A stretch of DNA of 64,000 bases from contig CAXXXD010000003.1 in the NCBI GenBank assembly GCA_963663385.2, forward strand, positions 1,536,001 through 1,600,000. The letters are read 5' to 3'. How positions within the stretch are numbered: the first letter of the stretch is position 1; each line of letters opens with the position of its first letter. The stretch is from Oceanispirochaeta sp. GTDB taxonomy: Bacteria; Spirochaetota; Spirochaetia; DSM-2461. Both the position numbers and the translations under genes were made by a program. The notes below the pieces were generated by a model that worked only from the letters and a program-made list of their open reading frames with translations, ran no database searches and had not been told where the DNA came from. Positions 18,542-29,504 of the stretch are shown here, in pieces.

Positions 18542-19639
18542 TTGACGGAGAATTATATGGATATAAAACCATCATTGAAGTTTTACACGAAAAAGAATGA
18601 GATAAATCTGATTACCTTTGCCCTGTTGGTGTTATCAGATATCTTCATTGCTGTTCTATTATTTTATGGTCTCAGTCAACAAATCGAACAGTTTACTGAT
18701 GAGTTCGAGTATTTTCCCTATGAATATAGAGATATGCTTATATCAGATGACTGGGTTGAAAATAATATACTGGAAAAAATATCAGATAAAGTATTATTCA
18801 GTATTCGCTCAACTCTCGAAAGAGAAAATCTGATTGAAAAATTACATCCCGGATGCAGGGAAATTCAGATTATATTCTCTGAGGTTGAGAATGATAAAAC
18901 TTTGATTGCGGATTTTCAGATTTATGAGCGATTGCACAAAAACTATAATGCACTGAATCATAGTGAAAAAGAAGGAGAAGAAGGGCAACGGTTACAGGAA
19001 CAGATCAGGATTATTGATAAAAAACTCTTAAATAATCCCTCCCTGAATAATCTTATTGGATTAATATATAAAAATCAGAAATACGACTATACTACGGATA
19101 TCAGCAGATTTCGAAAAATATTTGCCCTTAAGAGAACCTTATTCGATTTTCTGTTTTTACTTCCAATAGTAGCGGCATTTATTTTCTGGAATAGAAAATC
19201 CATCAGAAAAGATCTGTATATTCAGACCATTATTAGCTCTCATTATATAGTTCTTTCTTTTCTACCTGTTCTATTTGAAAGCATCAGATTAATAATTGAG
19301 ATCATTCCAAAAATATTACTTAAAACCATTTACGATTTTCTTTTACAATTAAATCTCATAACAATCTGGTATTATGCTGTTTTAATAATCTCCATATTGT
19401 TTATCGTTTTTGTAATCTGGATCTTTCAGACAAGGATATTCCCAAAAGAAAAAAACAGTATAAAGCTTTATGAGAAGCATAGATGCATGTCCTGTAACAC
19501 AAAGATTGATTATCGAAATAAGTTTTGTCCGATTTGCGGAACAAATCTGCATATTCAATGCGCCGAGTGCAAAGGGGACACAATTAATTTTCTTCCTTTC
19601 TGTCAGAATTGCGGAGCAAAATTGGAAAAAGAAATATGA
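18542..19639 (+). CDS. Membrane protein with C-terminal double zinc ribbon
   Basis: Several hydrophobic segments; CMSC...CPICG...CAEC...CQNCG. Start uncertain (TTG 18542 or ATG 18557). Confidence 0.8.
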   Translation: MTENYMDIKPSLKFYTKKNEINLITFALLVLSDIFIAVLLFYGLSQQIEQFTDEFEYFPYEYRDMLISDDWVENNILEKISDKVLFSIRSTLERENLIEKLHPGCREIQIIFSEVENDKTLIADFQIYERLHKNYNALNHSEKEGEEGQRLQEQIRIIDKKLLNNPSLNNLIGLIYKNQKYDYTTDISRFRKIFALKRTLFDFLFLLPIVAAFIFWNRKSIRKDLYIQTIISSHYIVLSFLPVLFESIRLIIEIIPKILLKTIYDFLLQLNLITIWYYAVLIISILFIVFVIWIFQTRIFPKEKNSIKLYEKHRCMSCNTKIDYRNKFCPICGTNLHIQCAECKGDTINFLPFCQNCGAKLEKEI

Positions 19640-20334
19640 AGACAACAAATATGAAAATAAAATCGATTCCAGCGATCATATGGGGTGAAAAGTCGGACAA
19701 TATCTATATTTATGTCCATGGAAAGGGCAGCCGTAAAGAAGAAGCGGAAAAACTGGCAGAGGAAGGTATAAAAAAAGGATTCCAGGTTATCAGCTTTGAT
19801 TTTCCGGAACATGGAGAAAGAACAAATAGCAGGGGATCGTTTATAATTCAAAACTGTGTCCATGATTTAAAAGCTGTATATAATTATGTGAGTAACAATT
19901 GGCAAAGAGTTTCGATATATGCCTCCAGTATTGGAGCGTATTTCAGTTTGGTTGCCTTTGAAAACATTACATTCGACAAATGCCTTTTTGAATCACCTGT
20001 AGTGGATATGGAAAAATTAATCACCAATATGATGCGATGGTTTGGAGTAACTGAAGACGATCTTGAAAGGAAGGGAGAAATCGAAATTCCAAATGGAGAA
20101 ACACTCTCCTGGGCATATCTGGAATATGTTAGGGAAAATAAAATAGCAGATTGGAAAAGCAAAACCCATATTATCTACGGCGATAAGGATATACTTGCAG
20201 AAAAGGATGTAGTGGACGGTTTTAAGAATAAATATGGAACCGATATTACTGTTGTCAAGGATGGAGAACACTACCTCCATACGGCAGAGGATTTGAAAGA
20301 GCTGAATATCTGGTTAGGAAAATGTGCTGAATGA
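19636..20334 (+). CDS. Alpha/beta hydrolase
   Basis: YVHGKG, SFDFPEHG, ASSIGA nucleophile elbow, YGDKD, GEH; ATGA overlap with the upstream gene. Confidence 0.85.
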   Translation: MKTTNMKIKSIPAIIWGEKSDNIYIYVHGKGSRKEEAEKLAEEGIKKGFQVISFDFPEHGERTNSRGSFIIQNCVHDLKAVYNYVSNNWQRVSIYASSIGAYFSLVAFENITFDKCLFESPVVDMEKLITNMMRWFGVTEDDLERKGEIEIPNGETLSWAYLEYVRENKIADWKSKTHIIYGDKDILAEKDVVDGFKNKYGTDITVVKDGEHYLHTAEDLKELNIWLGKCAE

Positions 20335-20425
20335 ATTAAGAAATCTTCCGTTGAAACTGTCGAGGGAAGATGTTTTTACTTTTCCTCCAGGCTTCCATCT
20401 CTTACAATTAAATTAGAGGTGCCAC

Positions 20426-22093
20426 ATGAAAAAATACTACATAAGAAGATCAGCAGACGCAGAACCGGAAACCCTGAGAGCCAGTCAGACACTGAAAACC
20501 CTCTTTTCCGATAAAGAATCCGTCAAAGACGGTTTCTCTCTGGTAGCCGCCCGTTACAATAATGAAATCTATTCCCTTAACAGCCATCCGGACATGAACG
20601 GCATAATCAAACCGGTCTACCTGAACAGCAGCGACGGGGTTCGTCTCTACCGGAAAACCCTCTGTTACGTACTGGAAATGGCTGCCAGAAAACTCTTTCC
20701 CGACAGACCCCTTATTCTCAGCCACTCCCTTGGCCAGAGCTACTACTACCACCTGAACAATGATCCCAGCTTTACCGAAGAGGAAATCGGTTCCATAAAA
20801 AAGAAGATGATTTCCCTTATCAGGGAAGACTTCCCCATCATTCCGGATGTAGTTTGCTGGCAGGAAGCTGTGAACTATTTCCGGGAAGCAAAACAGGAGG
20901 ATACGGTGCTTCTCCTGGAAGAGAACAACAACAGCAGGATTGCCATCAACCGGACCGAAGAGTACATGGCTTTGAAACATGAAAGCCTCCTGCCCTCCAC
21001 AGGACAGCTTAAGGTATTCGACCTGATTCCCTATACAGGAGGTTTCCTGCTCCACTACCCTTCCAGCAAAGACCCCCTTACACTGCAGCCCTTTCAGGAC
21101 CAGCCCCTGTTGTTCTCTATTTACAGGGAGTATAAATCCTGGGGAAAGATCCTGAATACCAACACAGCCGGTAAAATGAATGCCATGACAAAGGACAAGC
21201 AGAAGACCACCCATTTTATCCGGGTTTCCGAATCCCTGCATAATAAAAAAATCGCCCAGATCGCCGATCAGGTTCTGCAGAGGAGAGGGGAGGTTAAGGT
21301 GGTTCTGATAGCCGGTCCCTCCTCTTCGGGAAAGACAACCTTCACAAAGAAGCTCTGCACCCAGCTGCAGGTTGTCGGATTCAACCCCATTATGGTCTCA
21401 CTGGATGATTACTACCTCAGCCATGACAAAGTCCCTCTGGATGAATTCGGAAAACCCGACCTGGAAGCTTTATATGCCCTTGATGTCCCTCTGCTGAATA
21501 AAAATCTGCTTCAGCTTTTTTCCGGAGCGGAAACGGAATTCCCTATTTTCGATTTTAAAAAGGGCGGACGCCTGGAAAATGGACGCCTGCTTAAAATGGA
21601 TGAAAGAAGCATCCTTGTTATGGAAGGGATCCATGGCCTGAATAGAGATCTTACACCGGATATCCCCGCATCCCGCAAATTCAAAATCTATATCTCAGCC
21701 TTAACCCAGCTGAATCTGGACGACCATAACAGGATATCGACAACCGATAACCGTCTGATACGGCGTATAGTAAGAGACCATCAGTTCAGGAACTATACGG
21801 CCCTGAAAACCATCCGTATCTGGCCTTCTGTCCGCCGCGGAGAGGACAAAAATATCTTCCCCAATCAGGATCAGGCGGATGCCGCGTTTAATTCTGCTCT
21901 GGATTATGAACTGGCTGTACTGAAAGTATATGCGGAACCACTGATAAAAGGGATAAGTCCTGATCTGGAAGAGTATTCAGAGGCAAAACGGCTCCTGGCA
22001 TTCCTTGAAAATTTCTCCCCCATCCCCTCCTACATGGTACCTGCGGATTCCATACTGAGAGAATTCATAGGAAACAGCAGCTTCAAGTATTAA
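20426..22093 (+). CDS. Nucleoside (uridine) kinase with ThrRS N-terminal-like domain
   Basis: LIAGPSSSGKTT P-loop, SLDDYY, MEGIHGLN, DNRLIRRIVRD, FNSALDYEL; N-terminal half resembles the ThrRS TGS/editing region. Confidence 0.88.
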   Translation: MKKYYIRRSADAEPETLRASQTLKTLFSDKESVKDGFSLVAARYNNEIYSLNSHPDMNGIIKPVYLNSSDGVRLYRKTLCYVLEMAARKLFPDRPLILSHSLGQSYYYHLNNDPSFTEEEIGSIKKKMISLIREDFPIIPDVVCWQEAVNYFREAKQEDTVLLLEENNNSRIAINRTEEYMALKHESLLPSTGQLKVFDLIPYTGGFLLHYPSSKDPLTLQPFQDQPLLFSIYREYKSWGKILNTNTAGKMNAMTKDKQKTTHFIRVSESLHNKKIAQIADQVLQRRGEVKVVLIAGPSSSGKTTFTKKLCTQLQVVGFNPIMVSLDDYYLSHDKVPLDEFGKPDLEALYALDVPLLNKNLLQLFSGAETEFPIFDFKKGGRLENGRLLKMDERSILVMEGIHGLNRDLTPDIPASRKFKIYISALTQLNLDDHNRISTTDNRLIRRIVRDHQFRNYTALKTIRIWPSVRRGEDKNIFPNQDQADAAFNSALDYELAVLKVYAEPLIKGISPDLEEYSEAKRLLAFLENFSPIPSYMVPADSILREFIGNSSFKY

Positions 22094-22114
22094 TAATACC
22101 CCCCTCGCCCTCTG

Positions 22115-22143
22115 GTAGAGGCGGGTTTCAAACCCGCCTCTAC
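22115..22143. repeat. GTAG-type REP-like palindrome / bidirectional terminator between convergent genes
   Basis: GTAGAGGCGGGTTT-C-AAACCCGCCTCTAC perfect inverted repeat beginning with GTAG. Confidence 0.75.
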
Positions 22144-25082
22144 TATTCTCCCAGAATCGGCAGGATATCTTCCGGGGGAGACAGCAGATCCGGATCGGCG
22201 TCAGAGATATCACTCAGACTCTCATCACTGCCTTCTATCTCTTCCTCCGGAACTTTTTCAGCCCAGACAGAATCGGGGTATTCGTTCAGAAGCATTTCAC
22301 GGGTCCGGTTGTAACTGTCTGTGTCACCGGCATTCCGGTAGGCCAGAGCCGCTTCATAAAGCCCCCGGCTAACCCACTCTTTCTGATTTTCGTAGCGGTA
22401 ACGAATCCTTAAAAAGGCATCAGCCCCCTCTTTCCACTGCTCCTGACGGATTAAAATGCCTGCCAGATAAAACTGCGCTTCTACCGCAACAGAAGGATAT
22501 TCAGCATCAAGAAGATCCGTAAAGATTCCTTCGGCTTCTTCGATATGACCTTTATTCAATAGATAGACACCCTTATAAAGCCCGATCCTTCTGATTTCCG
22601 TCTCTCCCAATCCCTCTGTTTTTTCCAGATCAAGCAGGAGATTATAGGTTTCTTCCTTATCCAGATCCCTGGAATAAAGAGCCAGACGGATAGCAGCTGC
22701 CACATCGGGATCCAGGGGAAGGTTCAGAATTTCATTAATCAGATACAGTTCATCCTCATCCAGTTCATTCTGCCGCAGGATTGTTTCGATGCGCGAGCCA
22801 ATCTGCCGGGCCCTCAGCTCCGAGGGATAACTGAGAAGAAACTCCTCCATCAGCTTCAGCCTCTCTGCAATGCTCTGTTCAATCGACAGAGCCCTGAACA
22901 GGGAGGTTTCCGAGAGGGGATTATCCGGGTACAGATAGAAAACCTGTTTATAGGCATAGACAGCAGAGGAAAGCAGACCTTTTTCCTGAAAAGCTTCAGC
23001 GGCCCGGAAGAGACCGTCCGGAGGAAGGGGACTGTCGGGGAATTCTTCCTGCAGTGCCTCCAGGTATTCCATTGCTGACTCAAAGTCCTCCTTCATGAAG
23101 TAGGACCAGGCAATCTGATAGAGAATCTCCTCACGGAGAGAAGCATACTCTATAAGCTCAAGAGCCGGGATAAAGCGTTCCAGCGTTTCATCCCAGTCCT
23201 CCAGATAGGAAAGAGCTACACCGGCCCGGTACAGGCTGTCACCGGCCAGCTTGTTTTCCGGATAGTCCGCTGCCAGGGTATCAAAACTCTCCGCCGCTTC
23301 TTTAAACTGAACCAGTCTCAACTGACTCCAGCCCTGCTGATACAGGGCTTCCGCCCTGCGGTAGGGGGTTATGGCTGTTTTGACAGAGAGAGCAAAGTAA
23401 TCGGATGATCGGTAGTAGTTTCCGTCTTCCATGGCTATCTGCCCCAGGTAGTAGTAGGCATCCCCTTTCCAGGCATCCGAGTTCTCCGACTCAATAAGAA
23501 TCGTAAAGATTTCACCGGCATCCTCACGATTTGAGACATTCAGGGCACAGATACCGGTAGACAGAAGAGCCCTGAAATAGAGTTCGTTCTTTTCCGAATT
23601 GGCCAGAATCTGCTCAAAGTATCCCCGTGCCCGTGAAAACTCCTTTCTGAGGGTGTAGATATATCCGATTCTGTACCTGGTTTCGTTTAGAAGAACCGGC
23701 TGATCTTCATCAAGGTTCACAATATTCTGATAAAAGCGGAGGGCACTGTTGTAGTCCCCTTCCCGGTAGGAGATATTTCCCCTCATATAAAGGTAGAGTA
23801 TCTTCTTTTCCGTAGCAGGGAATTCACTCAGCATCCGGTCCAGATGATTTTTCAGAGCCAGGTCCTGGGCATTGCGATCATAGTAAACAGCCATCCACTC
23901 CCCGGTCAGCTCACGGTAGGGACTCTCTTTATACTGATTGAAGAGGCGTTCATACAGGAGGATTGTACGCTCCTTCTCCCCTCTTTCATCATAAAGACGG
24001 CCGCTCTGGTAGAGACTCTCCGAAGCCAGATCGGGATCCAGTCCCCTGGCCGCTTTAAGGTACCATTTCAGTGCCTCATCGGGGGTGTCCTTCCAGGTTC
24101 TGGCAAGGTTGTACTGGATTTTCTGAATCTCCACCGGGTCCGTTTCCGAAGCCAGTAGTGTATTCAGAGAAGCCCTGGCCGTAACCATATCACCGGACTG
24201 GAGGTAACTCTCTGCCAGGACAATATGGGCGTCCATTGTATACTCACTGTCCGGGTATTCGCTATTCAGCAGATTCATATACTCTTTGGCAGACTCCTGA
24301 TTATCGTTCTGCGCATAGAGACTTCCCAGTCGGAAAATAGCCTTTTCACGGTTTTCCGATTCGGAATAGAGGCTGAGAAAAGATTCGAACTTCAGTATGC
24401 TGTTTTGTCTGTCTCCCAGCTGATAGTAGCATTCACCCATATAGAAAGTGACATCCTTCAGAAGAAGAGGGATATCACGGAATTCCACTGTCAGTCTTGA
24501 GAAAAGAGAAAGAGCCTCATCATAGGACTTTTCTCCCAGATAGAGGACCCCCTGCCGTTCCATAGCCTGGGCTATTATGTTTTTTTCCGGTTTAAGATCA
24601 ATCAGATCCTGATAGGCCTTAATCGCCTTTTCCGGTTCGTCGGTTTTTTCGTAGCAGTAGGCCAGAAACTGATAACTCTTCTGAAGAAAGTAGATCTCTT
24701 CGGTGAAACCCGTCTGTTTGAGGAATTCATTTATGGCAAATCGGAAGGAATCATCCGCATAATAGCTCAGTCCTTTCCAGTAGTGAATCCTTTTAAGATA
24801 GGCCGACCCGGGATAGTTGGATTCGTATGAACTGAAATGCCGGATTGTTTCATTGAATCGCTTCAGATAGAAATAGGAGACACCTATCATATAATCCGCC
24901 TGATCCACCCGGGGATCCGCCGGATACTGTTCGATAAATTCCTTAAAACTTTCTACAGCCCGCGAGAACAGCTTATCCGAAAAGGCATCGCGTCCTTCCT
25001 GAAAAAGAGCGGAGCCCGTCTGTCCCCAGGCCGATGTCATTGTTAACGTTATAAGAATCAGAGCAAGCGGTCGTCGTTTCAA
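22143..25082 (-). CDS. Large exported tetratricopeptide-repeat protein (CpoB/BamD-like repeats)
   Basis: Signal peptide, then many ~34-aa TPR units (FIEQYPADP..ADYMIG, YPDSEY, YPENKLAGDSLYRAG, FPDSPL). Confidence 0.88.
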   Translation of the reverse strand: MKRRPLALILITLTMTSAWGQTGSALFQEGRDAFSDKLFSRAVESFKEFIEQYPADPRVDQADYMIGVSYFYLKRFNETIRHFSSYESNYPGSAYLKRIHYWKGLSYYADDSFRFAINEFLKQTGFTEEIYFLQKSYQFLAYCYEKTDEPEKAIKAYQDLIDLKPEKNIIAQAMERQGVLYLGEKSYDEALSLFSRLTVEFRDIPLLLKDVTFYMGECYYQLGDRQNSILKFESFLSLYSESENREKAIFRLGSLYAQNDNQESAKEYMNLLNSEYPDSEYTMDAHIVLAESYLQSGDMVTARASLNTLLASETDPVEIQKIQYNLARTWKDTPDEALKWYLKAARGLDPDLASESLYQSGRLYDERGEKERTILLYERLFNQYKESPYRELTGEWMAVYYDRNAQDLALKNHLDRMLSEFPATEKKILYLYMRGNISYREGDYNSALRFYQNIVNLDEDQPVLLNETRYRIGYIYTLRKEFSRARGYFEQILANSEKNELYFRALLSTGICALNVSNREDAGEIFTILIESENSDAWKGDAYYYLGQIAMEDGNYYRSSDYFALSVKTAITPYRRAEALYQQGWSQLRLVQFKEAAESFDTLAADYPENKLAGDSLYRAGVALSYLEDWDETLERFIPALELIEYASLREEILYQIAWSYFMKEDFESAMEYLEALQEEFPDSPLPPDGLFRAAEAFQEKGLLSSAVYAYKQVFYLYPDNPLSETSLFRALSIEQSIAERLKLMEEFLLSYPSELRARQIGSRIETILRQNELDEDELYLINEILNLPLDPDVAAAIRLALYSRDLDKEETYNLLLDLEKTEGLGETEIRRIGLYKGVYLLNKGHIEEAEGIFTDLLDAEYPSVAVEAQFYLAGILIRQEQWKEGADAFLRIRYRYENQKEWVSRGLYEAALAYRNAGDTDSYNRTREMLLNEYPDSVWAEKVPEEEIEGSDESLSDISDADPDLLSPPEDILPILGE

Positions 25083-25100
25083 GACAGTTCTCCCGATGGG

Positions 25101-27584
25101 TTATTTTTTCAGAGCCTTTGTTCTGGATTTCATAAGGATTCTCCCGTTCCGAAGTTCTCCGGCAATGGTTGCCCCCGGCTGAAAACGGCCCTCCAGGATT
25201 CCCAGCGAAATGGGGTCTTCGATCTCCTTCTGGACAGCTCTCCTGAGGGGTCTGGCTCCGTAGGTAACATCATACCACTTTGATATAAGAAAATCTTTAA
25301 CTTTTCGCGAAATTTCCAGTTCGATTCCCCGGGGAGTCAGGCGCTGCTGTACCTCTTCCAGTTCCAGATTAAGAACGGAAAGGATGTCTTTTTCACTGAG
25401 AGTTTGAAACATGCAGATTTCATCTATACGATTCAGAAACTCCGGTCGAAAAAGACGCTTGAGCTCATTCATGGCAGTGGAGCGCAGCTCGCTCAAAGCA
25501 GGACCGCCCTTATTAATCTGAAACCCCGGAGAAGTCCGGGCCATATCCCTGGCCCCCACATTGGAAGTCATGATCACCACAGTGTTTTTAAAGGAGATGC
25601 GATGCCCCAGATTATCCTGAAGCTCCCCCTCCTCCAGAACCTGAAGCAGAAGGTTATACACATCCATATGGGCCTTTTCAATTTCATCCAGAAGAATAAC
25701 GCTGTAGGGCTGACGCCGGATTTTTTCCGTAAGCATCCCCCCTTCCTCATACCCCACATAACCGGGAGGAGAACCTACCAGGCGGGAGACATTATGTTTC
25801 TCCATAAAATCGGACATATCGATGCGGATAAGCGCGTCTGCAGAACCGAACAGGAATTTGGCCAGGGTTTTAGCCAGCAGGGTTTTTCCCACACCGGTCG
25901 GTCCCAGAAAGATGAAGGAACCGAGAGGCCTGGAGGGAGAGTTGAGTCCCGTGCGTGAACGTCTGATGGCCGAGGCAACCGTACTGATGGCATCCTCCTG
26001 ACCGATAACCGTTTTATGGAGCTCTTTCTCAATCAGCAGCAGTTTATCCGATTCACTCTGAACAAGCTGAGTAATGGGAATACCCGTATTTTCGGAAATA
26101 ATATTCTGAATCTCCACTATGCCTATCAGATTGCGTTCCTCCCGGAGAGTTGTTCGCCAATCGTTTTTCATCCTTTCAATATCCGCTCTCAGGGTGCGTA
26201 CATTATCCCGTACAGCAGCGGCCTTCTCATAATTCTGGGCGTTAACAAAGGAGATTTTTTCGGCAGTCAACTGGGCGATTTTATCTTCAAGATCGGAAAT
26301 TTCTATGGGCTGTACCGCGTTGCTCATCCGCTTTCCCGCTCCCGCTTCGTCCAGCAGGTCGATTGCCTTGTCAGGGAGGCAGCGATCTGTTACATAACGG
26401 GATGAAAGTTCTGCGGCAGCCCTGACCGCCTCGTCCGAGTATGTCACATTATGATGGTCCTCATACCGCTGCCTGATTCCCTTGAGTATGGTGATGGTCT
26501 CATCAATGGTCGGCTCTTCCACCAGAACACTCTGAAAACGCCGTTCCAGGGCTGGATCCTTTTCTATGTGTTTTTTATACTCGTTCAGGGTGGTAGCACC
26601 GATACACTGAAGCTCTCCCCGCGAGAGGGCCGGCTTGAGCATATTGGACGCATCGATTGCCCCCTCTGCCCCTCCTGCCCCGATAATGGTGTGCAGTTCG
26701 TCGATAAACAGGATGATATCACCTCTCTGTTCTATTTCCTTGAGAATTTTTTTCAGGCGTTCCTCGAATTCACCCCGGTATTTTGTACCGGCCACGATAG
26801 AAGCCAGATCAAGACTGATAACTTTTTTCCCGCTGAAAAAGTCCGGGGCCGATCCGTTTTGAATCCGGATGGCCAAACCCTCCACCACAGCGGTTTTTCC
26901 GACCCCCGGCTCACCTATCAGAACAGGATTGTTTTTGGTACGTCTGGCGAGTATCCGAAGAACCCGGTTGATCTCCCGTTCCCGCCCGATGACCGGATCC
27001 AGTATGTTTTTGGCAGCCATTGCGGTCAGGTCCCTGGAGTACTCCTTCAGCAGCCCCGGTACTTCCCGGTTTCCCCCTGATGAGGAGGGAGTAATTTTCA
27101 CGCTGTGAGACAGATTCTCCATATTCTGATTTTTCTGGCGTTTCCTGTTAATATCGTATAGAACGCTCCTGAGGATTTCTGTTGTTATATTGTAGGCAGA
27201 GAGGTACATGGCTGTGGTACTGCCCGGTTCACCGGCACCGGCTATAATAAAATGTTCCGTACCGATAAATTCATGATGCAGAGCTGTCGCTTCATTGGCA
27301 GCGCTTTCCAGCAGAAAACGAAGCCGGCTGGAAGGAGGAACTTCTCCTACAGTGAGATTGACAAATTCGGGAGCGGGAATGGATTTTTCAATCTCTTCCT
27401 GCATCTCCCTGACATTAATTCCCAGTTTACGCAGCAGATGGAATCCGCTTCCTTCCTTATCCTTTATAACAGCCAGGATAACATGCTCGGGCAGGAGTTT
27501 TTCAGACCTAATTTTCTTTGCTTCTTCCTGTGCCAGAACTGATAATACCCGCTGGGCTTCACGACTCAAACCTTTCAGCATCAC
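25101..27584 (-). CDS. clpC: ATP-dependent Clp protease ATP-binding subunit ClpC
   Basis: Clp-N repeats, [29 protein letters not shown] motif, [29 protein letters not shown]. Confidence 0.95.
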   Translation of the reverse strand: MMLKGLSREAQRVLSVLAQEEAKKIRSEKLLPEHVILAVIKDKEGSGFHLLRKLGINVREMQEEIEKSIPAPEFVNLTVGEVPPSSRLRFLLESAANEATALHHEFIGTEHFIIAGAGEPGSTTAMYLSAYNITTEILRSVLYDINRKRQKNQNMENLSHSVKITPSSSGGNREVPGLLKEYSRDLTAMAAKNILDPVIGREREINRVLRILARRTKNNPVLIGEPGVGKTAVVEGLAIRIQNGSAPDFFSGKKVISLDLASIVAGTKYRGEFEERLKKILKEIEQRGDIILFIDELHTIIGAGGAEGAIDASNMLKPALSRGELQCIGATTLNEYKKHIEKDPALERRFQSVLVEEPTIDETITILKGIRQRYEDHHNVTYSDEAVRAAAELSSRYVTDRCLPDKAIDLLDEAGAGKRMSNAVQPIEISDLEDKIAQLTAEKISFVNAQNYEKAAAVRDNVRTLRADIERMKNDWRTTLREERNLIGIVEIQNIISENTGIPITQLVQSESDKLLLIEKELHKTVIGQEDAISTVASAIRRSRTGLNSPSRPLGSFIFLGPTGVGKTLLAKTLAKFLFGSADALIRIDMSDFMEKHNVSRLVGSPPGYVGYEEGGMLTEKIRRQPYSVILLDEIEKAHMDVYNLLLQVLEEGELQDNLGHRISFKNTVVIMTSNVGARDMARTSPGFQINKGGPALSELRSTAMNELKRLFRPEFLNRIDEICMFQTLSEKDILSVLNLELEEVQQRLTPRGIELEISRKVKDFLISKWYDVTYGARPLRRAVQKEIEDPISLGILEGRFQPGATIAGELRNGRILMKSRTKALKK

Positions 27585-27690
27585 AACCTCGCTTATAAAT
27601 AAAAGGGTTTAGAATTCCCCCTGATACATTAAGTTTATTAAATTATTACGCCCGGGTACAGTTTTTTTCCCAATTGAATGAATTTTCGCA

Positions 27691-28152
27691 TTATTCAGGA
27701 TTGCAGTTCAGCTGTTCTTTCAGCTTATTAATTTTATCCCGCAGTTCTACGGCCGCTTCATAATTTTCATGTTTCACCAGTCCTTCCAGATTTTGCCTGA
27801 GACTGTCTATCCGTATCCTCAGATTTCTCCTTTCTTCCGGTTCTCCCTGAAGAATGGAGAGCAGATCATCCCGAAAGACATTGAAACATTCCGGGCATCC
27901 TGTTACGCCCCGTTTCAATACGGATTCCCTGGTAGTTCCGCAACCGGGACAGGCCTGCCGGTCCATAACACAGGAAAACTCCTCCAGACAACGGCTGAGC
28001 TCATCATAATCCAAAAGGACCCCCTCCTTCTGGCGGGTGATACCCCTCTCGGCAGCACAGAGGGAACAGAGAGGAATGTTCTTCTTCTGCCCCTCAAGAG
28101 TCATCCGCAGAGTTATCAGGATTTCATCGCTGCAACAGAAAAAACAGTACAT
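27691..28152 (-). CDS. mcsA: McsA-like protein (Cys-rich, UvrB/UvrC motif)
   Basis: CxxC pairs (CFFC, CSLC, CPGC, GCPEC) and C-terminal ENYEAAVELRDKI; upstream of clpC. Confidence 0.8.
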   Translation of the reverse strand: MYCFFCCSDEILITLRMTLEGQKKNIPLCSLCAAERGITRQKEGVLLDYDELSRCLEEFSCVMDRQACPGCGTTRESVLKRGVTGCPECFNVFRDDLLSILQGEPEERRNLRIRIDSLRQNLEGLVKHENYEAAVELRDKINKLKEQLNCNPE

Positions 28153-28202
28153 ATACCTTCCTTTGGTGAAAGCCCCCCATCAATAGGGGGAGATCTTGTC
28201 TC

Positions 28203-29504
28203 TCAATGTTTCCGGAGAATATCCAGAGGTTTTATTCTGGAAGCTTTCAGCACAGGAATCAGGGACGCTGCGACAGAAAGCAGAACAGTTCCTCCAAAGA
28301 TTACCGCCAGAACAGACACTTTTATTTCAACAGGAAACTCATCCAGATAATAAGCCCGATTGAGCAGTTCCACATGGGTATAGCTTCCCCCCCGCCCCGG
28401 CAGGCTTGAGAAGGAGTACACAAAAAAATTGACAACGGATTCCGCTCCGTGAATAAGGGAATTCAGATTCAAGGCCAGAATACAACCGATTCCTATCCCG
28501 ATCAGGCTGCCGGCGCCCCCTGCCAGAGCAGCGGTGATAACATACTGCAGGGAGAGAGCGGAAGGAGGGAGCCCCATGCTTTTCTGTATACCGATAGCCT
28601 GTTCATTTTCCATAACCAGCATAACCATTGAGGAAGATATATTCATAACAGCAACCAGTACAATCAGGACCATGATAAATACAAGCAGGGTACGGGTTGT
28701 TTCAAAGTTGCTTTGATGGGAACGGTTGAGGGTTTTCCAGGAGTAGATACCCCATTTTCCTTTAAGAACTTGCCTGATATCACTCATAAGGGGGGACATA
28801 TCCCCGTAGGGTGAACGGATTTTTATACCTGTTACGGAAGAGGCCTCGCTGTCCTGAAGAATTTTGAGGGCTCTTTCATAGGGGATAAAAACCCACATTT
28901 TATCCAGATCCTGGTATCCCGTTGAGAAAATTCCCATAACTGTAAAACGGGAAACCTTTGGAATATATTTGCCAGTGGAAAGTGTTTTACCCGTAAGGAT
29001 CCTGAACTCGTCTCCTGTTTTCAGATTAAGACTGCGGGCAATCTCCTCTCCGATCATGGCGGAATTCCCGTCTCCCAGATCAAAATTCCCCTTTTTGATG
29101 GTCAGGAATTTCCGGAACCCCTCATCCCTGCTGTAGAGCCCCGGTTCCAGTCCTCTTACATTGACCATACTCTGCCCCCCGGAAGAATAGGCCATACCCA
29201 TCCCTTTATGCTCAAGGGTTACCAGGGTAATATCATCCAGACTGAGCAGGCTCTCATACATTTCTTCCGACTCTTCTTCATCAGGAACGTTATAGTTTCT
29301 GAGCTGAATATGGTAGGTACTGGTTTCGATAAAGCGGTCTGTAATCCCGCGGATCATCCCGTCGGACATGAAAAGGACAACAATCAGCGGGATCATGCTG
29401 AGAGCGATTCCCAGAACGGAACCCAGTACCGGACGGGATTCTTTCTCTCCTCTCTGACGGTTGGTAAACAGTCGGAGAGCCATTTCCAGAGGCAGTATAT
29501 TCAT
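28203..29504 (-). CDS. LolC/E-family ABC permease (MacB/FtsX-like)
   Basis: TM1, large periplasmic loop, IVLVAVMNISS, IGIQKSMG, YYLDEFP, KASRIKPLDILR. Confidence 0.88.
   Translation of the reverse strand: MNILPLEMALRLFTNRQRGEKESRPVLGSVLGIALSMIPLIVVLFMSDGMIRGITDRFIETSTYHIQLRNYNVPDEEESEEMYESLLSLDDITLVTLEHKGMGMAYSSGGQSMVNVRGLEPGLYSRDEGFRKFLTIKKGNFDLGDGNSAMIGEEIARSLNLKTGDEFRILTGKTLSTGKYIPKVSRFTVMGIFSTGYQDLDKMWVFIPYERALKILQDSEASSVTGIKIRSPYGDMSPLMSDIRQVLKGKWGIYSWKTLNRSHQSNFETTRTLLVFIMVLIVLVAVMNISSSMVMLVMENEQAIGIQKSMGLPPSALSLQYVITAALAGGAGSLIGIGIGCILALNLNSLIHGAESVVNFFVYSFSSLPGRGGSYTHVELLNRAYYLDEFPVEIKVSVLAVIFGGTVLLSVAASLIPVLKASRIKPLDILRKH

Noticed and set aside
6620..20425. Intact integrative element or prophage at tRNA-Asn
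   Set aside because: No integrase, phage or conjugation genes, and I found no second copy of the tRNA 3' end.
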